Notes: generated by a model not told the origin, from the letters alone. Numbered from the stretch's first letter, positions 1 to 13,300 are shown. The stretch is 64,000 bases of DNA from an uncultured virus (IMG/VR IMGVR_UViG_3300042445_002545) (IMGVR_UViG_3300042445_002545); one strand, 5' to 3'. Made by a program: numbers and translations.

Positions 1-139
1 ACAAGTGTTTGGCAAAAAAGCGGTTTTGGTTATTAATTTAAAGTTTGTTTTTTATTATCGTGTTCTTGGCTTCGGGAAAACGATAGTTTTTATTTATCCG
101 CTTCTTCGCCAAGCACTCGAACGTTATAAGCAATAAAAA

Positions 140-373
140 TTACTTAGTTAGCTCTTCACACCAACATCCCCATCCTGTAAATTCACCTTTCTTTCGGTAT
201 GCTTCCAAGTCATCATTGTAAAACCGCTTTCCCCAATCAGGGCAATCCATGTGATGCCATTTCCACATTGCTTCTGCCATGTCAACTGCTTTTATAATAA
301 CAGGTTCTTTTAATGATAATTGCCCTTCCGTTTCCATTCCTTTGTAAGCATACCAACAAATAAATCTTTTCAT
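140..373 (-). CDS. Cassette-borne hypothetical protein (77 aa)
   Basis: ORF fills the space between two attC-like sites. Confidence 0.7.
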   Translation of the reverse strand: MKRFICWYAYKGMETEGQLSLKEPVIIKAVDMAEAMWKWHHMDCPDWGKRFYNDDLEAYRKKGEFTGWGCWCEELTK

Positions 374-484
374 AAATCGTAATTTTTACAGCTTATAACA
401 GCACCTAACAAAAATGGCTGCTACAAGCATTTGTTTTTAATTCAGAAGTTATTACAAGCAGCCACTTCTGTTAGCTGCAAAACG

Positions 485-706
485 TTATATGCAATGCTCC
501 GACCGCACATAACCATTATCACATTTACATTGAACTTGCACTTGCACAGGGTTAGGAACTCCGCAACATCCATATTCCTTGTAGTTGCCACAGCACTCCG
601 CTTCAATTTCAATCGTGTAACCATACCCACCACAAGCACTGCATATAACATCACCTTGCAAAAATGAGGGGTTATGTGGTTCATTAATGTTTTGTTCTTC
701 GCTCAT
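485..706 (-). CDS. Cassette-borne Cys-rich putative zinc-binding protein (73 aa), copy 1
   Basis: CSACGGYG, CC, CKCDNG motifs; near-identical copy at 13301-13522 with mostly synonymous changes. Confidence 0.7.
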   Translation of the reverse strand: MSEEQNINEPHNPSFLQGDVICSACGGYGYTIEIEAECCGNYKEYGCCGVPNPVQVQVQCKCDNGYVRSEHCI

Positions 707-785
707 AATTTTGTTGTTAAAATGAAAATTTGTTCTTCGTATTCCCGCACTTCTGCAAGCTGCAAAAAGTTATGTGTAATAAAAA

Positions 786-1040
786 TTAAATCCACTTAAT
801 ACTATCTTCACCTTTTAACCAGTTATTAAATTCGGACACACTAACCAAACAAATTTTTTCAGTTTTATTTAACATATTATTTATCGGTATTGATGTATCT
901 GGTACTTGTAACAAACACCTAACAATATAGTGTTCATTTATTATACCGTAGTCATCATCGGTGTTTTTCAATTTAACATCTATAACTTTTAATAAGTTAG
1001 GTGTTTTTCTTTTAACGAAGTCAAAAATTTGTTTTTCCAT
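786..1040 (-). CDS. Hypothetical protein
   Basis: ORF on the dominant coding strand, right after the last GTT crossover of array 1. Confidence 0.6.
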   Translation of the reverse strand: MEKQIFDFVKRKTPNLLKVIDVKLKNTDDDYGIINEHYIVRCLLQVPDTSIPINNMLNKTEKICLVSVSEFNNWLKGEDSIKWI

Positions 1041-1285
1041 ATTTATTTTTGGATTTTACAAAGCCCGTCCAAGGCATTATTTATAATATAAATTTTTAGG
1101 TTTATTCTTTTAGTTTTTAAAGGTTTCTTGAATATTCTTTTTCTACTTCTTCAAATGTTTCAAATTGTAAATGCTTTCCATCTATCCAATCAATTATCAA
1201 TCCTTTCATAACACATCTATTTTAAATTATTTTATATATACAAAGATAGTAATAATATTTTACTTATGCAACTTTATTTTTTAAA

Positions 1286-3003
1286 TTAATTATTTCCCAT
1301 GTATACATTTGTGTATAACTGATACATATCTGGAGCCAAAGCATTTATAAATTCTTTATATGCATATGATATTAACTCTTCATTATTAGGATGGTATTCC
1401 AATGTTTTAAAGTATACGTTTTGTATTGCTTTAAATTTGGCATCACTTATATTAAATAATTTATTATTTTGAAAATAATTGTTAATCTCTTTCTTAAGTA
1501 TTTGGTTATATAAGGCTTGATTTTCTTTCTTAATTATGTTCATTATTTTTACCTTTATTATTTTTACCTTTATTATTTTTACCTTTATTATTCTTCCAAC
1601 GCTTTTCCACAACTTTTACAATGTGTTTTGTATCTATTATTAACAGAACCACATGAGCAATGTTGTGATTGTGTATCTTCCCAACTTTTTGTCTTGTCAT
1701 GGTATATTTTATGTTTTGCTACTGATGGGGATAAACATTCATATCTCCCTGTTCTTTTGTTTCTAATCCACATAATAATCAACTTATATAATTACAATTT
1801 ATTCGATTTTTTTTTAGATTTAATTGTTAAATTTAATTTTAGTTGTTCGGCATTGCTATTTATTCCATTCATTAAAATTATTAAATCTCTAATGGAAATA
1901 CCTCCTACAATTGTAATTCTTGTGAGGATTTTGTAATCTTCATTAGCCTTATCAATTATTGACTGTTTATTTACAGTTTCTGACCGAGTAATTAAATTTT
2001 GCATTGCTGTTTGTTTTTTCATAATATTAATTTATATGTTTATTTTTATTTATGTAAAGATAGTTATAATATTTTAATCTACCAAATATTTTTTGTATTT
2101 TTTTATAAATTCTTCCATTTCTTCAACTTCATTATTAGTTAAATAAATGGTTTTATCTAATTTATAATAATAACCCTTAGATGATTTAAAAATACCTTTA
2201 GGTCTTATTTGAACACTATCGTTATCACTTACAATTGGGAAATCATCATCTTCTTTCCAATCACGAGTAACTTCAATTAAAGCACAACATAAATATTTAA
2301 CTGAAGTTAAACTATCTGAATTCCTAAAGTATTCTTCTTCTCGTTGTAATATTAACACTCTATCACCATTAGTATAACTTATTGTCCTATTTGCTGCAAA
2401 CTTCATCTTGTGAATATTTAATTAATTAACTCATAACTGTCACTTGAATTATTTATATCACTAGCTATACTTTTTAAGTGGACCCATTCATCTCTCACCA
2501 TATTCAAATCATCCCTATCTGCATAGATTGGTATTATTACAGCTTTGTGTAAATTATCTTGACCTATAATATGTTTAGCAGCTTCATTAGCTGAAGCTTC
2601 TGTTAAATATATTTTATGTCTCCAATGTACTTCTGGAGCACTTGATTGAAATTGCCATGTTTTACCCTTATCTGAACTAGTTTTATAAGTCCAAATGTCA
2701 TATATAATATACCCAACTAATTTCTGTTCTTCTTTACTCATGAACTTCTTTTATTTTATAAGAATCAAAAATTAGCATCACCTCGTCTTCATTTGGGCTC
2801 AATACTGGATAACAATTATGTAAAATACCTGAATCACATATTTTACAATATTCGATACTTTCAGCGAAGTATGGTTTTTCATTATGTTTATTTCCCCATT
2901 TGTAAAAAAACTTTACATCTACTTCTCCATACAATGGTATGATAAATTTTCCTTCATCATTAAATCTACCCTCAAACCATTTTTCATTAATTTTTACTTT
3001 CAT
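1286..3003 (-). other. Run of small hypothetical phage genes (1286-1612, 1588-1782, 1792-2022, 2074-2406, 2418-2741, 2734-3003)
   Basis: Tightly packed co-oriented ORFs with no recognisable domains. Confidence 0.6.
1542..1592. repeat. 15-bp tandem repeat (ATTATTTTTACCTTT x3.4)
   Basis: Directly visible; reads as IIKVK x3 upstream of MNIIKK in ORF 1286-1612. Confidence 0.85.
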
Positions 3004-3174
3004 AACTTTATATTATTTATTGATAAACTTTCAGTGATAATTCTTAATCTATACATCCATTCTCCAAAATCTTCAACAACCTCTTTGTTATTTATAAAAA
3101 GTTTCTCACCATTAAAATGAGCTGATTTAATCGTTTGTTTTTTGATTTCTAGTTTACTCATTTTGGTTTGTATT

Positions 3175-3822
3175 TTATTTCCATTTAATAACTTTCATTA
3201 TACAAGTAATTGCAACTCTATAATCATCTGACAAATTTGGTGATGAAAAATGCATACAATTCTTGTCGTGTATCAAAATCTGACCTTTAGTCATTGGGAC
3301 TTTAATAAATTCTGAATTCTTATAGTAATCAGAATACAAAGAGAATCCACTTTTACCAGTTCTGGTTCTAACATTAGTCCCTATTACTTTATGAGGTAAC
3401 AAACCATGTTTATGACTTCCTGGTACATAAAACATACAAGAGTTTAGGATATTCACATCTTGCAGTGGAATCCAAAATGTAAACACATCATCATTACTAT
3501 CAAAATAAGCATTATCCTGATGAGCTGATGTCATTTTATAATTTGGTGGCTTACAGAAGTATTGGTTGTTTAAAACTATATATGATTCAGCACCAATAAG
3601 CTGCGCTAACATAGTATTTAAGCGTTTAAAATCTAAATTCTGAATCTGTTTTATGTCACCTAATTTAGTTCTAAATACATCTTCATGTTTTGAATTATTT
3701 GATACCTCATTTAAGTCAGTTGAAAAGGTACTAATCACTTTAGATATTGCTTCATCATTAAAAACTTGGAACCCTTGCTCTTTTAGTGTTTCATTACCTC
3801 TGTAATTTTTGAATTCTATCAT
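3175..3822 (-). CDS. Phytanoyl-CoA dioxygenase (PhyH)-family 2OG-Fe(II) oxygenase
   Basis: HQD iron motif, WIPLQD, VPGSHK, distal H (MHFSSPN) and R (YRVA). Confidence 0.85.
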   Translation of the reverse strand: MIEFKNYRGNETLKEQGFQVFNDEAISKVISTFSTDLNEVSNNSKHEDVFRTKLGDIKQIQNLDFKRLNTMLAQLIGAESYIVLNNQYFCKPPNYKMTSAHQDNAYFDSNDDVFTFWIPLQDVNILNSCMFYVPGSHKHGLLPHKVIGTNVRTRTGKSGFSLYSDYYKNSEFIKVPMTKGQILIHDKNCMHFSSPNLSDDYRVAITCIMKVIKWK

Positions 3823-3943
3823 TCAACATTATTATTATCACCATCTTCTTGTTCAGGTTCGATTTCGATAATAATTGTTTCTGGGAATAATTGGTTCATA
3901 CCAACACCCAAAGATACTTCTATTTTTACTGTTTCTTTCATAT

Positions 3944-6512
3944 TTAAATTATTTTATCTTCACCTAAAAATTTATTCACAATTCTACTAGCTGTAATATA
4001 CCAACATATACCCATAAAATATATTAATAGTTTGATATACAATTCACCCCAAAAACTGTAAACATTCATATCAATACCTTCGTGAATTGGTTGAATGTAA
4101 AATAATGGAATAAGTGGTAAAAATGTTAATACTAGTGTTAACACAAATCTAATTGTAAAATCTTTCATATTTCTTTATTTTTGGACTATAACTGCTATTA
4201 ATAAAAATACTAATAAAACTATTAAAATGAATGCTATTGGTATCCATAAGGGTGCAGTTACCCACCACCATGACCAATTGGCAACCTCACCAATCTTTGC
4301 TAATTTCATAACCAAAAAGATTAAGAAGATAATTGTACCTATACCTAATGAGGTATTTTTTGTTTTGTTTTCTGTCATAATTTATTTATTAAATTCAATT
4401 TTACAAACTGCTTCACCATTTTCATTATAATAAAGTGTAACTTTAAACCCACCGCTGGATACACCATTCCCAACCCAATCAAAATTATTTTCTGGAATTA
4501 GAGTAATAACACAATCTTTCAATTCTTTAATTGTTGGTGATATCTTATTATCACTCCAAAACCAATTAACTGATTTCATATACGATGAAACACTTTCCCA
4601 ATCAACGCTACCAAATTCAACCATAAAAGCATTTAATAGATGTGGGTGTTTTGTTAATAGTCTAATCTTATATGCTTGGTGTTGATTACGACAATATATA
4701 GAATACCATTTATTAAATAATTCCCTATCAAACCCAACCTTAGATTTTTTATCTATTTTATAATCAATATATTCAACCTCTGGTTTTGGTTGGTTGTCAT
4801 ATTCGGCAATTGCTAATGTTAAATCAGAAATAAGTTTATGATAATCAGTAGCCCTATCTTCAATTTCACGATAATTTGATAGTGTGGTCAACCCAAACCA
4901 ATTTAGAATTTTAATTTTCATTAATCTTACTTTTTAATTTATTAATAATTTTTTTGTGACCAAATCTAAGTACTGAGAATCTAGTTATAAATAACCCAAT
5001 ATAATCATCACGTTCAATACTATTTGTTCCAGAGTCTAAAGTGAATTTTTCATTATTATCACCATCATACCATAACCAAATACTGTATGTTACATCATCA
5101 ACCGTATATTCAAATATGCTAATTTTATCACCAGCTATATTTTCAGTTGAGAGATAAACTAATTCACCTTCATCTTTTTTAAACATACGATATAATTTAA
5201 TTCTATTAACCCAATAATGGTTATCAAAAAATAATTCATAAAAAAATATGAATGGTGTAAGTAATAAAATTACTGATAATATAATACCAATCACTTCGTG
5301 GTTTCGACTTTCTCCTTCAGATACAAAATGTTTCATTTTTATTTTAGTTTTTACAAATATAGTGATTATATTCTAATATAACAAATAATTTGTTATATTA
5401 TTTTAAATTAAACCAAAGACTATCTTTATCTTCAGTATTTTTATAAAGTTGTATATATTTTTCAGATTCAACATCATTGATTGGAATCAATATTGAAGTT
5501 GCCACCATATCTGGATATGCACAACTACATGGTTCAGTTTCATAACCATTTTCAAATCTAACATGGTGTGAATACGATGAGCCGTGAGCAAATGAATGTA
5601 AATCAGAATATGAATCAGTAACTACAGCATGTAAACCAATTAAATCAGAATATTTTTCAAGTTCAAATTCATTCATAACTGATTCATCTAACTTAACTAA
5701 CTCACCTTTAGCAAAGTAATATCCGAAATCTCTTGAGTTCCTAATATCTTCAACATTTAATGGGTCACCAATTTTAATATTACCCTTTTGGTATTCAACC
5801 CATTGGTCATAATTTAATCTAACTACCCATTTATGTCTTGATAATTCTTTGACCCTTTCATTCGTATCTTCTATAGTTCGTTTAACATTTTCTATATAAG
5901 ATTCGTAAGTACCTTTATTTAGATTTTTACCCATTTTTGTAATTTTTTCTAATTTCTAACAATATACCATTTAAATCACCACGCTTGAATGCATCATAAT
6001 CAATTTGATTATCATATGGTTTCGCATATAGATATGTTTTATTAACTTCATCCATAGGATACAACCACATATCTTTTTTGATTTTCTTTTTAATCTTTCT
6101 AGGTATTCTAAATTTACTCATCTTTTTCATCTAACATTTTTTTATATGTAAGACTGAATTCAAGTAATCCATTCATATATTGCCACCTAGGTGCTGAATT
6201 TGGATAATGACCAAACAATTCAACCAATTTAGTTTCTTGTGTTTCCCTTTCGGTTGGTATTGGTGATAACCATTCACCCTCAATATTATCTTTAGGTATA
6301 AATGTTGGTGTTACCAACATGGGATTTTTTTCAAGTATCGTGCATATAGCATCAACTATTTCTTCAGGACCAAATGATGTTTTCCAATCACATTCGTCAG
6401 ATACTTCATAAACCCAGTCCATGTACCTTTTATATAAATCTTCTCTATTAATTTCCATAACTATTTTGTTAAATAATGACCAGCAAAAAATGTTAGAACT
6501 ATTGCTAACCAA
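3944..6512 (-). other. Run of small hypothetical and membrane-protein genes (3944-4168, 4175-4378, 4382-4921, 4911-5336, 5398-5934, 5927-6130, 6114-6512)
   Basis: Co-oriented ORFs; 4175-4378 has two TM segments with WSWWWVTAPLW. Confidence 0.6.
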
Positions 6513-6635
6513 TAAAAAATACTCTTAATCTTAAATGTCTTAGCATTATCACCATCATGTAATATCTTAGATGATGTGGCAAACCATGCTGACATTAATA
6601 TAAATGCCCAAACTATTGTAAATATTATAAACATA

Positions 6636-7637
6636 TTAAAATGATAATTTTTGTTTTTCTGATGGTAAGAAAAGTATAATAGTGTCTTCTAATTTCATAG
6701 TTATATTTTTACCTTCTCTGGTTGCTTCCCAATCTGCTGATGTTATTTTGATTTCATCCCATTCTTTTGTGCTAGTATTGTAGAATTCAACAAACATATC
6801 TATAATTCTAAGTGGGTGTGTTTTGGTTGATGTGGTACCAACTTTAACACCATCGATTATAATAACAACACTATATTGTGAATCTTCAGGTCTAATGTTC
6901 AAGTATTTGATAGCTTCTTTAGCACCCTCATTGTAACTATTCATCTCACTGATAAGACCAACTAACACATCCATACTAACTATCCCTAATACATCTAAAA
7001 CTGATAATAAATCTTCAGTTTGTGCTTTATCAACTAATGTATCTTCAATAACTTCAGTGATAACAGTCTCATCTAATGAATCATATTCAGCTAGATAACG
7101 AATTCTACCAGGTCTATTTAACATATATTGGTTAATTCGGTCCTTCATGTTTGATGTGAAGATAAATAATTTCTTACCTTCAAATATACCATCAAGTAAT
7201 GATAATAATGATTGTTGTGAATCATTTTCGACATAAACTTTTTCAAATTCATCTATGAATACAACAACTTCTTGTTTAATACTATTTAAAAAACTTTTAA
7301 ATTCTTCACCTGTAAATTCTTCAGTAATTAAAATAACTGGGATATTTGATTTTAAAGCAGTTAGTTTTGCTGTTAATGATTTACCCGTACCTTTTAACCC
7401 AGTAAGTAATATCCCCATATTTTTACTACCTTCAGTAAATGTCTTAACATATCTATTAGATAGCATATCAGAATTACCATAAAGTTTATTAGGTGTGGTA
7501 AAATCTTCAGTTAACTCAAGAAAATAACAATTGTTAGGTGCATCAAACTTAGTTAAGTAAGTTCCTTTGGGTAATAAATCGAATGATTCTACATTTGAAT
7601 CGGTTAATCGTATTTGTCGATTTGTTTTTATGTACAT
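6636..7637 (-). CDS. AAA+ ATPase
   Basis: Walker A GLKGTGKS, Walker B VVFIDEFEK, TSN sensor, RPGRI arginine finger. Confidence 0.9.
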   Translation of the reverse strand: MYIKTNRQIRLTDSNVESFDLLPKGTYLTKFDAPNNCYFLELTEDFTTPNKLYGNSDMLSNRYVKTFTEGSKNMGILLTGLKGTGKSLTAKLTALKSNIPVILITEEFTGEEFKSFLNSIKQEVVVFIDEFEKVYVENDSQQSLLSLLDGIFEGKKLFIFTSNMKDRINQYMLNRPGRIRYLAEYDSLDETVITEVIEDTLVDKAQTEDLLSVLDVLGIVSMDVLVGLISEMNSYNEGAKEAIKYLNIRPEDSQYSVVIIIDGVKVGTTSTKTHPLRIIDMFVEFYNTSTKEWDEIKITSADWEATREGKNITMKLEDTIILFLPSEKQKLSF

Positions 7638-7648
7638 ATTATTTTTTA

Positions 7649-8365
7649 TTATAAAAATTTGCTATTAAGTTGAGCATCACCATCATCTGGAATTAATATC
7701 TCCAAATACTCACCATGTTCAATACAATCTATAATTACATAACCTCGGTTATTTTCAATTTTTGTTCTAATGTTTCTACCAGCCGTATGACCAACGATAT
7801 GAATATAATCCAACCCGTCCTCAAATAATGACTTTTCTCTAACCCAAAGTGGTCCTTGAGTTATATCATCGCCATATGCACTGTGGTTTTTACCACTTCT
7901 AAAATTAAATGTGTTTGGTTTAAATATCAAATACTCGTTTAAACTACGAACCAAATTATCAGTATCTATTTTTTGTTCTTCACAGAATGTTTTTGTAACA
8001 CCAGCATGAGTAAATAATAAATTATTAATTTGATGAGCAACTAATAATATATTATTTCGTATTAATTCATCTAACTCTAATCTCATATTGAATAGTGTAC
8101 TGTGGTTAAAACCACTATATGAACCTATACAAGCACTTGTATAATGAAAATCATGATTTCCAATCAAAGTAATTACCTTGTCAGGGTTTTCATTTTTAAA
8201 ATTAATAATTTCCCTGAAATTATGCATCTGAGTTAATATATCAATATCAAATGAATCAAAATAATCACCGATAAATATAAATAAATCAGCATCTGGATTG
8301 GCTTCAACTATTTTTTTCCAAATATCTCTTCCGTGCGTGTCACCTAATACTATTACTTTTTTCAT
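7649..8365 (-). CDS. Calcineurin-like metallophosphoesterase
   Basis: GDTHG, GDYFD, GNHD, THAG, GHT motifs. Confidence 0.9.
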   Translation of the reverse strand: MKKVIVLGDTHGRDIWKKIVEANPDADLFIFIGDYFDSFDIDILTQMHNFREIINFKNENPDKVITLIGNHDFHYTSACIGSYSGFNHSTLFNMRLELDELIRNNILLVAHQINNLLFTHAGVTKTFCEEQKIDTDNLVRSLNEYLIFKPNTFNFRSGKNHSAYGDDITQGPLWVREKSLFEDGLDYIHIVGHTAGRNIRTKIENNRGYVIIDCIEHGEYLEILIPDDGDAQLNSKFL

Positions 8366-8795
8366 AATACAAATATACTAAATACTTTTTATTTAAACAA
8401 CTTTGTTTCCTATTAATTTTTTCTTTTAATAATTAATTCAACTAAATCAAAAACTGACATATCATCATAATCTTCATCATCATATCCTTCAATTTCAAAT
8501 CTAAGCGCTGAATAATCAAATGGGTTATAACCATTCTCTAGTCGTAGCTCTTCAATTATTTTAATCGCTTCTGGATTATCAGAAACTAATGTAATATCAG
8601 ATTCATTTAATAAACCATATACTTCACTATGTTTACCTAATACTTCACCCCAATAAACCTCAATGTTATTTTCAATCAATACTTTAACATGTTCTTTGTT
8701 CGCAATAAAGATTCCACTTAATTCACCCATTCTACCGAAATCAACATTTAATCGGTATATTCCTTTTTCATTTCCCATAATTTATATTTATTTAT

Positions 8796-9143
8796 TTAAA
8801 ATTCCAAATCATCATCTAATTTAGGTTCCTTTTTTTCTTTTTTTGTTTTGCTTTTAATTTTTTTGGTTTCACCAGCAACGACTTTTTCTCCAATCGCAAT
8901 ACCTCTAAGATTGGTATAGTACTTACCTTGATATTGATTACCTGTTAATGTAAATGCTACCATAACTTCTTCACCATTAATAAATAAATCTAACTTTTCA
9001 CAGTTATCATTTACAAACTCAATTTTAATATCTTGAATAAACTCATCTTCATTTCTGATTATGATTTCTCGCTTTTTAAAGCCACTAGCATATTTTTCAA
9101 TAGAACCAATTTCTAGTATAATACCTTCTAATACATAATGCAT
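8796..9143 (-). CDS. DUF3127-like OB-fold protein (Bacteroidota SSB-like)
   Basis: GFKKREIII, F..D.C..LD, G.EV.V.F.L.G, KYYTNL and acidic tail DDDLEF. Confidence 0.7.
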   Translation of the reverse strand: MHYVLEGIILEIGSIEKYASGFKKREIIIRNEDEFIQDIKIEFVNDNCEKLDLFINGEEVMVAFTLTGNQYQGKYYTNLRGIAIGEKVVAGETKKIKSKTKKEKKEPKLDDDLEF

Positions 9144-9158
9144 ATCAATTGTTTTATT

Positions 9159-9536
9159 TTATAAATTGTAATACTTATCAGTATTGATATATTCAACCTC
9201 AATACCATGTTTAATTGCAATTTCAATTTCTTCCTTAACACCAACTGAGTTTTCCCAACCTGGCATTTGACATACAACTATTTTATCACATTTTAACAAA
9301 AATGTTACACAGAAATTAAACCAAAATTCCCAGTCAGTTGGCATGTCTTTAAATGATATTAGATTATGACCATAAGATATTGGTGAGAAGGCTACATCAC
9401 CATTAAAAACCATATCTGCCGCAATATTGGATACAACAATATAATTATCTTCTCTTATTTTATCATCAGGGTTACCATACGGTGATGCTAAATATATTAA
9501 CTTTGATTTTTTAACTTGCTCAATTTTATTCTCCAT
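9159..9536 (-). CDS. DUF1937 / nucleoside 2-deoxyribosyltransferase-like protein
   Basis: IYLASPY, FSPI..GH, GWENSVGVKEEI. Confidence 0.75.
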   Translation of the reverse strand: MENKIEQVKKSKLIYLASPYGNPDDKIREDNYIVVSNIAADMVFNGDVAFSPISYGHNLISFKDMPTDWEFWFNFCVTFLLKCDKIVVCQMPGWENSVGVKEEIEIAIKHGIEVEYINTDKYYNL

Positions 9537-11615
9537 GTTTTATGTTATTTATTTTGTTCTTTATAATCTATAAAAAACCCAATAGCGACAATTGTATTCA
9601 TACCAACTGAGGCTAATACTTCCATAATATCTTCATATACTGTAGTCATTAAATGAATATGCCCAACCATCCAAAATGGAATTGCTAGATTTTGTGATAT
9701 CCAAACAATTAGGAATTTTAAAAATTTCATTTTAATAATTGATTTCTAAGTTTATCTAAGATTTCATTATTTGACTTAAGTAAATTATCAATTATTTTTA
9801 ATGGGTCTTCACCATCAAGTAATGAATATATTATAGTATGAAATAGTGGGTCGGTTCTAAATCTATCTTCACCGTTTGTAAATTTTGATATTAAATCTTC
9901 TTTATTCATAATTACAATGTAATAATTAATGCAAATACTAACCAACCCCAACCAAGTGTTCCTTGTGAAGCTAAATAAACAATACCAATTATAAGTGCTA
10001 TCTGCACAATACTTAAATTATCAAATTTTTCTTTCATATTTTATTTTGTTAAGGGGAAATTTCTATCAAACCATTCAACTACTGATGTGTCTGAATTATA
10101 GTTATCATTACTCATAACTGCAAATCTATTTTTAACTTCTATTAATAAGTTTTTAACAGTTTCTCTATCAAATGTTTCATTGATTGGATTAGAGTTTGGT
10201 ACTATTGATGAAATTTTAGCTACTTCAACTTCAATATTTTCGTAGTTTAAACAGTCGTTTATACCCGATTTAACAAAGAACTCACATTTATCATAATCAT
10301 CAATACTACAATGACAAAGTGATTTATGGTCATTCTCAGTTGATAGTTCAAATATGACATTAGCACCAATGTATAATTGATTTTTATACATTATTTTATT
10401 AAACCTGGATAATGGTATCGATTTAGTAAATGAAAGCCCATATGGGTCTTCTAATCTATAACGTACTATCCAATCGTTTCCCTTAATTAAATCTAAAATT
10501 CCTTCCATAATACAAAGATAGTTATAATATTTAAATTATTCAAATAATTACATAGAATTATTTAATTAACAAATATTTAAATTTATTTTTATTTTTGATA
10601 ATTGTATCACTTAAGAAATATCTCAAATAATACGTATTAATTTTGTCAAATGTCATTGGGTCATACATACTTAGACCTTCAAAATATAAATCATCAGAAC
10701 AATAACATGGGAAGATATTAATATCACTATCTGGATAATTTTCTAATATTTTTTCAATGTCACCAATAAATGCTTTATGATGCACGGTAGACATACATTT
10801 TGAACTAGATTCATGAAATACAATCCCATGTGGAACTCCTAGAATATTAATTCTTTTATTTTTTTCAGCATCTTTAATTTTTATAATCATTTTTTAACAT
10901 AAAACTTTGATTGTTATATAATTTATATTCATTATTTTCAGTTTTAAAATGAACAAAATTATTGGTTTCTTCAATTATTTCAGTAACTGAAGTGGTCATC
11001 CAAGTAAAAGAATCATTAAATGGGCTCATCATTAAGCTATAACCAATTTGTGGCTTTTCATGCATACTTTTACCTCTACCATTTTCAAACTCAATCCAAC
11101 GTATATCAGCTGAATGTTTTTCAAATAGCTCATCACCAATTTTAATTAAGGTACAAAACCCATTCATCTTTGAACACTTTGTACATACCATAGCGCCACC
11201 CATTATTGCTGATAGCTTAGGTGTATGCTTAATTACTTTATTGCAGCCAGTACAATATAATTTATTGTTCGTTTTCATTAACAATAGCTTTAGTCAATAG
11301 ATTAATTAATCCAAGCACCTTACTCATATCGTAAAACCTAACGGGTATTTCAGTATTAAAAAATTCAACAAACCATTTATCATCAATAATTTCATTGTTA
11401 CTATTACTGATAAGTTCCAAACCTGGAACAACAGTATGTGTGTAGTAGTAAAATGGTTCATCACCACTTTCTTCTGCGGATACATCAATTTTAGTAAATC
11501 TAAGTAACTCTAATTCTCTTTCTGTCATAACTTATTTATTTGATTATTAATTCACTAAACTAGATATTGCTACAGTAATCATCTATAGTTTATTGTAGCA
11601 AATTCTTGTTTATTA

Positions 11616-12023
11616 TTATTTTATCCAACCTGTTCTAATTAATTCATCTCGCATTATAACCCAATCAATGAATGGTCTGTTAGAATAAGTTGGGTCATAT
11701 TTTAACGGAGCAAATGCCGCAGCATCATCAATGATTAATTGACCGTAAGCTTTTGGTGAATCAGTCCATTCATGTTGTGTTGGATTAGTTTGAATACCAA
11801 ATAATGGTATATCATTTTCTTTATACCAATTTACTGCATCAGTTAAACCACTTTTAAATTTACCACTCTTAACTCCCATGTCACTTCTCATGGTGAATAA
11901 AATTAGCTGATGACCATTAGCCACTAATTCTTTTAAAACTGGAACTGAACCAATATCTTTACCCATCATTGGGTACTCATGTGTAACAACACTTCCATCA
12001 AAATCAACTACTATATAACCCAT
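11616..12023 (-). CDS. HAD-superfamily hydrolase (BT0820-like)
   Basis: VDFDGS motif I, LFTMR, K...IIDD. Confidence 0.8.
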   Translation of the reverse strand: MGYIVVDFDGSVVTHEYPMMGKDIGSVPVLKELVANGHQLILFTMRSDMGVKSGKFKSGLTDAVNWYKENDIPLFGIQTNPTQHEWTDSPKAYGQLIIDDAAAFAPLKYDPTYSNRPFIDWVIMRDELIRTGWIK

Positions 12024-12071
12024 TATAAATCTATTTTTAGCAAATATACTATTTAATCATTTAAATAGCCA

Positions 12072-12479
12072 CTAATTTTGTTGTTTTTTAAATGATTTTA
12101 ATAATCCATTTATATTTTCATAACCAGATGGGTTTGCTGAATGAACAATAAAGTCTGGTAGTTTTAAATCATTATCAATACAATAATCAACTAACCATTT
12201 TGCTGAATCCATTCCAGTATATTCTCGGTTATTGTCAATATCAAACCATTCCTCAATTGGTAGAACCCCCTTTAAGTTTGTATCATCACCCAAGTCATGG
12301 TCAAATGAAATTAAATCAGGTAATCCATTTTTTTCAATCCATTTAACGAATTGACCATGTGACCTAACAATATCCCATTCTTCATAGTATATGTTTAAAT
12401 CAGAAACCCTATAACCCATGTAATGGATTTTAGGACAATTTAATGGTACTCTTAAGTCATCCAAAAATAATCTTTTCAT
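12072..12479 (-). CDS. Cyclic-phosphate-processing receiver-domain protein
   Basis: LFLDDLR, ISFDHDLG, TGMD, VHSANP signature. Confidence 0.75.
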   Translation of the reverse strand: MKRLFLDDLRVPLNCPKIHYMGYRVSDLNIYYEEWDIVRSHGQFVKWIEKNGLPDLISFDHDLGDDTNLKGVLPIEEWFDIDNNREYTGMDSAKWLVDYCIDNDLKLPDFIVHSANPSGYENINGLLKSFKKQQN

Positions 12480-13043
12480 TAGTTTTCATTTTGGTAATAC
12501 TCAGCACCTGAACCTTCAACATACTTAACTGAATTACCTATCTGTGCAAACATTGGTTTTTCAGTATGTGAACAAATATGTATTTCTCTAGTATTAATCT
12601 TCATTTTCAATATAGGTATTCTAACATCATTTATTAATGTTAGTTCTAAACCTTCTAAATCAATATTATCATCAATTAGAATATGAACACAATGTTCAGT
12701 ATCAGCACTAACTGACCAGCCTTTTTGTAGCATATTATTCATTTATAATTTCCGTAATTAAAACCCATTCATCACATGTTGGTGAACTCTCTTGAAAGTC
12801 AGCATCAAAATGTCTTATTAAATATTCTGGCTCTAAACCGTAGTCACCAAATAAAAACTGAACAACCGCAATGTATTGACCATCACCACCATCAACAAGT
12901 GTTTCATAGACTTCTTGGTCTTCAGTATATTTCTTACTAACTTGCCAGTCTTCATGCGGGTCAAGAATATTAGCAATTCTGATTAATTTATCATCAGAAA
13001 TATTTTTAATCATTTCTCTTGTTAAGTTCATATATTAATTTTT

Positions 13044-13253
13044 TTAAAATGGACAATTAGTTTTTTTAATCTTTATTAAATGGGTTCTAAGGGTTTTTAA
13101 AGAATAAAATTTACCCTTAATATTGTATCCAACTGTATATCCATGAAGACATTGTTTTATTTGTTTACCCGTTAATAAATTGAAACATCTACCCTCTTTT
13201 GTGAAGACATAATTTTCAGCAAAATCTATATACCAAATATAACTATAACTCAT
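13044..13253 (-). CDS. Small basic hypothetical protein next to the head of cassette array 2
   Basis: 69-aa ORF reading away from the array, starting 47 bp from the first GTT. Confidence 0.65.
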   Translation of the reverse strand: MSYSYIWYIDFAENYVFTKEGRCFNLLTGKQIKQCLHGYTVGYNIKGKFYSLKTLRTHLIKIKKTNCPF

Positions 13254-13300
13254 TGATTATTAATTTATTTTAGTGATGTGTTATGAGGGTTAGCCATTAG

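Larger units (their letters stand above)
1..775 (+). mobile_element. Integron-like cassette array 1 (3 attC-like sites: 1-129, 391-492, 641-775; truncated by window edge)
   Basis: Imperfect palindromes bounded by ..TAAC and GTTR..; each cassette start (GTTATAAGC 123, GTTATATGC 484) is the reverse complement of the R'' end of its own site (GCTTATAAC 391, GCATATAAC 641). Confidence 0.8.

Noticed and set aside
13044..13253. Integron integrase
   Set aside because: Only 69 aa with no R-H-R-H-Y catalytic set; no tyrosine recombinase anywhere in the window
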